Shown here in pieces: positions 26,022 through 32,000 of a DNA stretch of 32,000 nucleotides (position 1 is the first letter of the stretch; every line of letters begins with the position of its first letter). The stretch is from Okeania sp. (GTDB lineage: Bacteria; Cyanobacteriota; Cyanobacteriia; Cyanobacteriales; Microcoleaceae). The stretch is from contig NZ_JAYKGW010000086.1 of assembly GCF_035285525.1 (NCBI RefSeq), forward strand, positions 8,853-40,852. Direction: 5' to 3'. A program made the position numbers and the translations under genes. The notes beneath the pieces were generated by a model. The model saw nothing but the letters and a program-made list of their open reading frames with translations. It made no database searches and was not told where the DNA came from.

Positions 26022-26385
26022 ATTAATTCAACTGTTGTACAATAGTTATTTTTCATATATACCAAAGGCGACGATAATTATACACACCGCTAAAGGAGCG
26101 CTCAATCTGTATTTAATTGAAAATTAATTCAACTGTTGTACAATAGTTATTTTTCAGATTTACCAAAGGTTATGATAGTTCTACACACCGCTACGGGAGC
26201 GCTCAATATCTATTGAATTGAAAATTAATTCAACTGTTGTACAATAGTTGTTTTTCAAATATGCCAAAGGTGACGATAATTCTACACACCGCTAGGGGAG
26301 TGATCAATATCTATTTAATTGAAAATTAATTCAACTGTTGTACAATAGTTTCTAGACTTTATTAACGCGGTGTGCAACTTTCTAC
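26022..26385. repeat. tandem array of 101-bp units, 3 full copies plus a degenerate partial
   Basis: ATTAATTCAACTGTTGTACAATAGTT begins at 26022, 26123, 26224 and 26325, an exact 101-bp period. The body ...CCAAAGG(C/T)(G/T)A(C/T)GATA(A/G)TT(A/C)TACACACCGCTA(A/C/G)(A/G)GGAG(C/T)G(C/A)TCAAT... is conserved. Confidence 0.9.
26077..26105 (-). promoter_or_regulatory. sigma70-like promoter inside repeat unit 1 (TTGAGC-N17-TATAAT on the minus strand)
   Basis: The minus-strand -35 TTGAGC corresponds to plus 26100-26105 and the -10 TATAAT to plus 26077-26082, with a 17-nt spacer. Equivalent positions in units 2 and 3 read TTGAGC-N17-TAGAAC and TTGATC-N17-TAGAAT. Confidence 0.35.
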
Positions 26386-26498
26386 GAAAATACAAAAGCT
26401 TATCGACATAAAGTTGAAAAGGCTATTTTCAGAACTCCCTAAATGTAGTAAGTCAGGAAAAGTTACACACGGCGTTTATTAGTAAAAATGGTCATGTC

Positions 26499-26780
26499 TC
26501 ATTTTTGAGTACGAGCTTGTTTGAGCATATCAATAAGAGTATGATGAGCATCTTCGGCATCTTTTAACGTATGATCAAATTCAACTCTTATGGGTAAATT
26601 TTCCCCACTAACTTCAGCAGTTAAATTCATACCTTGAGCATCAATAGAAAGCATTTTTGCTGCCGTAGCATTGGGAGAACTACCAAATTTTTGAGCATAC
26701 AAAAGTACCGCATCTTGATGGTCTTCGTTTATATGGGAACAAATGCGATCGCTAATTTCTGAAGTAAATAAATCAGACAT
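26499..26780 (-). CDS. DUF2470-domain protein
   Basis: MSDLFTSEISDRICSHINEDHQDAVLLYAQKFG... matches the DUF2470 (HugZ-C-terminal-like) pattern from memory. The likely start is ATG 26780. The ORF-track extension to 26852 is hydrophobic or low-complexity and not family-like. Confidence 0.65.
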   Translation of the reverse strand: MSDLFTSEISDRICSHINEDHQDAVLLYAQKFGSSPNATAAKMLSIDAQGMNLTAEVSGENLPIRVEFDHTLKDAEDAHHTLIDMLKQARTQK

Positions 26781-26913
26781 ATTTTCAAATCTTTTTAAGG
26801 GAACAAGGAATAGGGAATATTGGGAAAAATACTTCCATTTGCTAAGATTCATCAGTAGAAAAATAGAGGTACAATATATTCCTCCTATTTTCTCTGTTAT
26901 TAATTATTAATTA

Positions 26914-26962
26914 TCCATCACTTTACTTTTTCACCAAATCCTAATTATTAATTATTCATTAT
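26914..26962. repeat. ~50-bp direct repeat, copy 1 (partner at 27214-27263)
   Basis: TCCATCACTTTACTTTTTCACCAAATCCTAATTATTAATTATTCATTAT compared with TCTATCACTCTACTTTTTTCACCAAATCCTAATAATTAATTATTCATTAT. Confidence 0.8.
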
Positions 26963-27213
26963 CAACTCGACAGTGCAAATTTATAGGAATAACTATTGCT
27001 AGCTAAGGATTTCAGCCATCTAAAATTTAGAAACTTTTTCTGGAAAAATGTAGGTGCTGTAAGCCTTTGCCAGTAATACTTTAACCCTTGAAAGCAAATA
27101 ATTTTTTAGGAGAACTTTGTACTCTCCAGTTATTAATTACATTCCTCCTACTTGATTTTTCCTCCCCACTTTCTCCTTTTTTTGAGTAAACAATAATTAT
27201 CCATTATAAATTA

Positions 27214-27263
27214 TCTATCACTCTACTTTTTTCACCAAATCCTAATAATTAATTATTCATTAT
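27214..27263. repeat. ~50-bp direct repeat, copy 2 (partner at 26914-26962)
   Basis: See copy 1. This copy runs up to the stop codon of the J-domain gene. Confidence 0.8.
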
Positions 27264-28408
27264 TAATTATTAATTATATTAATTGAAAGCCACCAACCAA
27301 AACTCAAACCAAATCCAGAAATAATCACCAAAATCACAAAAGTAAAAAAGCCATTCAAATACTCTATCAACTTTTCTCCAGCCAACATCTGAGAAATTAC
27401 TCCAGCCACAATACCAATAGCCACCCAACACCCAATAATAATATTAGGTCCAGCACTAACCAAAGCGATCGCCACATTTTTAGACCTAGTAGAGTTCCAA
27501 GCCGCAGACCAAGCTCCAACCCAAGCTCCCAAAACAAAACCCAACATACCACTCACTCCAGTACCAGTCTTAGAGGTAATCGCAGCATCAACTATTGTCC
27601 CAAAAACAAATCCACTAGCAGACCAAATAATTGAACCAACCACAACGACGAAAATATTTTCTGCCCCCTGACCAGCCAAAAATCCTATTAAAGCAATTAC
27701 TCCATCAATAGTCACCACAGCAGCAACAGTTTTAGCCTTTGGTTCAGTACCAGCAATTATCCCTAGACTACATCCCACTATAGTCCATGCCCAAGCAGTT
27801 GCGATACCCCCCACATAATTTCCAGCTATCCAACCTGCTCCACCACCAGCACCCAACATGGCGAGTGCCCAACACCTCTGGGAACTGGACCCCTCAATTG
27901 CCAAAACAGTCATTCCCATCCATGCTACACCTTCAACCACAGCCCAAGTCCAGGTAGGAGCTTGAGAAGCAACTAATACCCAAGCTGTCATAGTATAAAA
28001 AATAAATGTACTAATCAAGCTACCCCAAGGAATACAAAAAGTAGTTGAATTTGGTTGACGAGTGGATGTTTGAGTGTATACCTGCTGACCATGATTAGTG
28101 TAGGAATTTCGTGGTCTTTGAGGAGACTGAGGAGGAGTATAAGGGTTAGGAGGAGGTGGGGGACGATGTGGTGTTGGTTTTGGTGAAATAACTTGATTTT
28201 GAGAATTATTTAAAAAATGTCGCAATTTGTGGTAAGCTTCATTAATTTCTTTTAGACGAATAGTTGCTCTTGCTTGTAGACGAGTATTATGGACAAAGCG
28301 ATCTGGATGCCAGACAAAAGCTAAATCTCGGTAAGCTTCTTTTACTTCTTCTAGGGAAGCGCCTGGTTCAAGTTCTAGAATTTTATAGTATTGGTTGATG
28401 TCATCCAC
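27263..28408 (-). CDS. J-domain protein with Pro-rich linker and polytopic Gly/Ala/Trp-rich membrane domain
   Basis: GTG start. YYKILELEPGASLEEVKEAYRDLAFVWHPDR (HPD motif). Linker PKPTPHRPPPPPNPYTPPQSPQRP. Then about 250 aa of repeated hydrophobic G/A/W-rich segments. Confidence 0.8.
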   Translation of the reverse strand: MDDINQYYKILELEPGASLEEVKEAYRDLAFVWHPDRFVHNTRLQARATIRLKEINEAYHKLRHFLNNSQNQVISPKPTPHRPPPPPNPYTPPQSPQRPRNSYTNHGQQVYTQTSTRQPNSTTFCIPWGSLISTFIFYTMTAWVLVASQAPTWTWAVVEGVAWMGMTVLAIEGSSSQRCWALAMLGAGGGAGWIAGNYVGGIATAWAWTIVGCSLGIIAGTEPKAKTVAAVVTIDGVIALIGFLAGQGAENIFVVVVGSIIWSASGFVFGTIVDAAITSKTGTGVSGMLGFVLGAWVGAWSAAWNSTRSKNVAIALVSAGPNIIIGCWVAIGIVAGVISQMLAGEKLIEYLNGFFTFVILVIISGFGLSFGWWLSINIINN

Positions 28409-28454
28409 GCTTGAATTTCTCTTGAGACATTACTTTCTATTCTACTACTACTAT

Positions 28455-28471
28455 CTATTTAGGATTGCTAT
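28455..28471 (-). repeat. conserved intergenic 17-mer ATAGCAATCCTAAATAG (minus strand), 46 nt upstream of the J-domain gene start
   Basis: The plus strand reads CTATTTAGGATTGCTAT. Its reverse complement is identical to 16291-16307. Confidence 0.7.
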
Positions 28472-28561
28472 ATAACAGGAAAAACAATAAGTTCATAAAT
28501 AAATTAATTATACATCATCTTCTTCTTATTCCCTGTTTCTTCTCTGAAAAAAGTAACAATT

Positions 28562-28828
28562 ATGTCAAGGGAAAAACTGGATATTCAAGAATTACAAATT
28601 AGTGTTAGTGAGTTACTATCTTTGGTTGAAAATGATCGATAAATAGTAATTACTAATGGTAATATTCTGATTGCTAGATTAATTTTACTTAGTTCTATTA
28701 AACAAAATATTGGAGAATCAGAAAAAACACCACAACCAGGATTAAGTTTAGGTTCAATGGTTATGAGTGATGATTTTGATAGACCTTTAAAAATAGGTTT
28801 TTATGATAACTTGAGTAGTCTTGTCTAA
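28562..28828 (+). pseudogene. Phd/YefM-like antitoxin with an in-frame TAA; no partner toxin
   Basis: MSREKLDIQELQISVSELLSLVENDR*IVITNGNILIARL...GSMVMSDDFDRPLKIGFYDNLSSLV*. TAA at 28640-28642. SVSELLSLVEN..IVIT.GN..IARL and ...SDDFD.PL are typical of this antitoxin class (from memory). Confidence 0.6.
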
Positions 28829-28862
28829 TTGTCTGATCTTTACTTTCTAATTTTATATAAAA

Positions 28863-29557
28863 ATGCTTTTTCATTCAAGAGATTTTCCAATATTTTTACC
28901 AATATTTTTTATTCTATATTGGTTTGTAACTAACAGAAATTTGAAGTTGCAAAACTTGTTAATAGTTGCAGCAAGTTATTTGTTTTATGGTTGGTGGGAT
29001 TGGAGATTTTTATCACTAATACTAATCAGCACTATGATTGATTATAGTCTGGGAATAAGACTTTATAAAGAAAAAAAATTAACCAAAAGAAAAGTTCTAC
29101 TTTAGGATAAGTATTTTAGTAAATATTGGCTGGCTTGGCTTTTTTTAAATACTATAACTTTTTCCTAGAAAACTTTATAAACGCATTTTCTTGGTTTGGA
29201 GCAGATTGGAGACGTTAGCATATTTGACTTTCCACATGGTTTAGAGATTATTTATATATTCCTTTAGGTGGGAGTGGTGGTGGTACTTGGATGAAAGTTA
29301 GAAATACTTTTATCATATTTATAGTTAGCGGTTTTTGGCACGGAGCAAATTGGACTTTTATTATTTGGGGTGCTTTAAATGCTATTTACTTCTTGCCACT
29401 TTTACTTACTAAAAACAACCGTACAAATTTAGATATTGTGGCTCAGGGAAAATATTTTCCTAGTTTGAAAGAGCTATTACTTATGTTAATAACTTTTGGG
29501 TTAACTGTTTTTGCTTGGATATTTTTTAGAGCCAAAAATATTAATCATCCAATATGA
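28863..29557 (+). pseudogene. MBOAT (AlgI/DltB-like O-acyltransferase) wreck: frameshifts, nonsense codons and a large internal deletion
   Basis: The N-terminal piece is MLFHSRDFPIFLPIFFILYWF...ASYLFYGWWDWRF. There is a frame change near 29103 (ISILVNIGWLGFF) and another in the T7 run 29140-29146 (KYYNFFLENFINAFSWFGA). That segment joins directly to DWRR*HI*LSTWFRDYLYIPLGGSGGGTW...SGFWHGANW, with stops at 29216-29218 and 29225-29227. About 200 aa of the family core between these segments is absent. Confidence 0.75.
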
Positions 29558-29730
29558 TTCCTGATGAGATGATTTTTAATACACCATATCATTTGAACAA
29601 AAAAGGGGTTGATTATAGAATAGGTTGATTAATTGAAGATTTTAAAAATTATAACAAGCAAATCTTTGTAGAGTAATTTTGTCCTAATCTATAGCTAAAA
29701 TAAAAGAACATCTCAAAATATTAATCTCAA

Positions 29731-32000
29731 ATGTCAGCTAATTCTCCTACCGCTCTTTTAATTGATGGTCATTCTCTCGCTTTTCGTTCCTATTACGCTT
29801 TTGCTAAAAGTCGTAGTGGAGGTTTGAAAACCTCTACAGGGATTCCCACCAGTGTTTGTTTTGGTTTCCTGAAATCTTTACTAGAAGTAATAGATACGGA
29901 AAAACCAGAATATTTAGCGATCGCCTTCGACTTAAAAGAACCTACTTTTCGTCATAAAGCTGATATTAATTATAAGGCAGATAGACCTGAACCGCCAGAA
30001 GATTTAATTATTGATTTAGAAAATTTAAAGGAGCTTTTAAATGCTTTTAATTTAAAAGTTATTACTTTTCCTGGTTATGAAGCTGATGATATATTAGGAA
30101 CTTTAGCACAAAAAGCTAGTGCTGTTGGTTTGCGGGTAAAAATTCTTTCGGGAGACCAAGATTTATTCCAATTAATAGATGTAGAAAAAGGTATTAGTGT
30201 TTTACATTTACCAGGAGGAAAAGGTAGTACACCTAAAGAATTTTTGGCTGAAGAAGTGAAGCAGAAATTAGGAATTTTGCCGAGTCAAGTTGTTGACTAT
30301 AAAGCTCTTTGTGGAGATAAGTCTGATAATATTCCTGGTGTTAGAGGGATAGGGGAAAAAACTGCTAGTAAGTTGTTGAATGAATATGGTTGTCTGGAAA
30401 AAATTTATGCTTCTTTGGATAAAATTAAAGGAGCAAATCAGAACAAGTTAGTAGAAGGAAAAGCTAATGCAGAACATTCTCAGTTTATGGCAAAAATAGA
30501 AGTAAATATGCCGTTAAATATTGATATAGAAGATTGTCAGATCAAAGGATTTTCTAGGTCAAAAATTGAACCTGTTTTGCAAAGATTAGAATTACAACAT
30601 TTTCTCAATCAAATTCCTAATTTAGAACAGCAGTTTGATGGGTTAGCTGGAGTTAAGTCTTTGCCGGATGAGTCAGAAAGTCAGCAACCAGAAAAATTGA
30701 CAAATACTTTTGTTGAAGTAGAAAGTGATGATTGGTTTTTTAGTGCTGAAGATACAAAATTAGCTCAACAGCAAATTTCGATAAAATCAGATATTCAACC
30801 TCAAGTTATTGATACTCCAGAAAAGTTAAAGGAGTTAGTAAATATTTTAAAAGAACAGAGAAATTTTCAGACTCCGGTTGCTTGGGATACGGAAACAACT
30901 TCTTTGGAACCGAGAGATGCTGAGTTAGTTGGAATAGGTTGTTGTTGGGGAAAAAATATAGAGGATGTTGCCTATATTCCTACCGGACATAAAATCGGAA
31001 AAAATCTGGATAAGGTGAAAGTTTTGGAGGCTTTAAAACCTATTTTGGAAAGTACGGAATATCCAAAAGTTTTTCAGAATAGTAAGTTTGATAGATTGAT
31101 TTTTCGGTGTCAAGGAATTAGATTAGCTGGAGTTGTTTTTGACACAATGTTGGCAAGTTATGTATTAGATCCTGGAGCCAAACATAGTCTGGAAGAAATA
31201 TATATTAGATATCTCAGAGATATGGGAATAAGTTTACAAAGTTATAATGATGTTGTCTCTAGAAATCAAACTATTGCTGACCTAGATATTGGGAAGGTAT
31301 CTGACTATTGTGGTACTCAAGTTTTTGTGACTTTTCAGTTAGTAGAAAGATTAAGAACAGAATTAGAAAAAGCGGATAAAAATCAACCTTCAGAAAAATC
31401 TTTGTACAAATTATTAGTAGATGTAGAACAACCTTTAGAAGTTGTTTTAGCAGAAATGGAACTTCAGGGAATTAGAATTGATATTGAGTATCTCAAAAAA
31501 TTCTCAATTCAACTGCAAAAAGATTTAGAAAAAATTGAAAAAAGAGCTTGTCAAACAGTAGATATTCAAATTTTACAAGAATATCTGAAGACAGAAATTA
31601 ATAAAATAGATTCTAATTCATTTACCAATCAACAAGAATTAAAAAAAGCAATATCTAGCCCTATACTCAAAGCATATATCAGTAAATTATCAAAAGAAAA
31701 AAGAGAAAATTTAGTAACTATTGAAAACCAAATAAATCAAGCAAAAACCAGTGACTTATTAAACCTAAACTCACCATCTCAATTAAGTGAACTTCTGTTT
31801 GAAATATTGAATCAAAATCAGAAAAAATCGCGCAAAATAAAAACAGGTTATTCCACCGATGTAGTAGTCCTAGAAAAATTACAAACAGAACCAGAACATC
31901 ATCCTATTATTGATGAAATATTAAATCATCGAACCTTATACAAACTCTTTTCTACCTATGTCGAAGCCATACCAAAATTAGTTCGTTCAGATACTCAAAG
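29731..32000 (+). CDS. polA: DNA polymerase I, N-terminal ~756 codons (continues past the right edge)
   Basis: ATG 29731. LLIDGHSLAFRSYYAF and GYEADDILGTLA mark the 5'-3' exonuclease. VAWDTETTSLEPRDAELVGIG is Exo I of the 3'-5' exonuclease. IKTGYSTDVVVLEKL begins the polymerase domain. Absent from the ORF track because no stop lies in the window. Confidence 0.92.
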   Translation, partial: MSANSPTALLIDGHSLAFRSYYAFAKSRSGGLKTSTGIPTSVCFGFLKSLLEVIDTEKPEYLAIAFDLKEPTFRHKADINYKADRPEPPEDLIIDLENLKELLNAFNLKVITFPGYEADDILGTLAQKASAVGLRVKILSGDQDLFQLIDVEKGISVLHLPGGKGSTPKEFLAEEVKQKLGILPSQVVDYKALCGDKSDNIPGVRGIGEKTASKLLNEYGCLEKIYASLDKIKGANQNKLVEGKANAEHSQFMAKIEVNMPLNIDIEDCQIKGFSRSKIEPVLQRLELQHFLNQIPNLEQQFDGLAGVKSLPDESESQQPEKLTNTFVEVESDDWFFSAEDTKLAQQQISIKSDIQPQVIDTPEKLKELVNILKEQRNFQTPVAWDTETTSLEPRDAELVGIGCCWGKNIEDVAYIPTGHKIGKNLDKVKVLEALKPILESTEYPKVFQNSKFDRLIFRCQGIRLAGVVFDTMLASYVLDPGAKHSLEEIYIRYLRDMGISLQSYNDVVSRNQTIADLDIGKVSDYCGTQVFVTFQLVERLRTELEKADKNQPSEKSLYKLLVDVEQPLEVVLAEMELQGIRIDIEYLKKFSIQLQKDLEKIEKRACQTVDIQILQEYLKTEINKIDSNSFTNQQELKKAISSPILKAYISKLSKEKRENLVTIENQINQAKTSDLLNLNSPSQLSELLFEILNQNQKKSRKIKTGYSTDVVVLEKLQTEPEHHPIIDEILNHRTLYKLFSTYVEAIPKLVRSDTQ

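Noticed and set aside
26022-26385. Possible CRISPR array (exact 101-bp period)
   Set aside because: Same reason. Full-length units are about 85-90% identical throughout, so there are no unique spacers.
27111-27123. LexA-box-like palindrome AGTAC-AAA-GTTCT (minus strand), embedded in GGAGA..TCTCC, upstream of the DUF2470 gene
   Set aside because: The cyanobacterial LexA box as I recall it (RGTAC-N3-DGTWCB, e.g. AGTACTAATGTTCT) has a 4-nt centre. This site has a 3-nt centre, is a single occurrence, and lies more than 250 nt from the nearest start codon.

Overview
AT-rich segment (about one-third G+C by eye) that looks like the chromosome of a filamentous, Nostocales-type cyanobacterium. Support for that origin: 22 copies of the HIP1 octamer GCGATCGC (eye count), heptamer and 15-mer tandem repeats, MITE-like elements, and typical cyanobacterial gene content. 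The taxonomic call is an inference. Intact housekeeping genes are tpiA (5' stub at the left edge), a PCP-reductase-like small protein, a Ycf23-like DUF561 protein, miaB, hemC, rdgB, mnmA, nnr, a DUF2470 protein, a J-domain polytopic membrane protein, and polA (runs off the right edge). Accessory content includes an apparent antitoxin-MazF-Uma2 operon and a DUF4058 protein. The standout locus is at 11.5-16.0 kb. It encodes an HTH + NB-ARC STAND NTPase with no sensor repeats, followed by two paralogous stand-alone TPR proteins with C-terminal membrane anchors. A membrane-anchored purple-acid-phosphatase-like metallophosphoesterase lies just downstream. I read this as a split, three-polypeptide STAND module and do not know of a described equivalent. 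At least eight other genes are visibly dead: an HpnB-like GT2, a sulfotransferase-like gene, an MBOAT, a second Uma2, two antitoxins, a PIN stub, and possibly the 7480 gene. That pattern suggests genome erosion that spares housekeeping genes. The long intergenic regions hold two ~100-bp tandem arrays, one with a sigma70-like promoter in every unit. They also hold a MITE family with 5-bp target-site duplications, a triplicated nnr start region, and a recurring 15-17-nt motif upstream of genes. No rRNA, tRNA or CRISPR array was seen.
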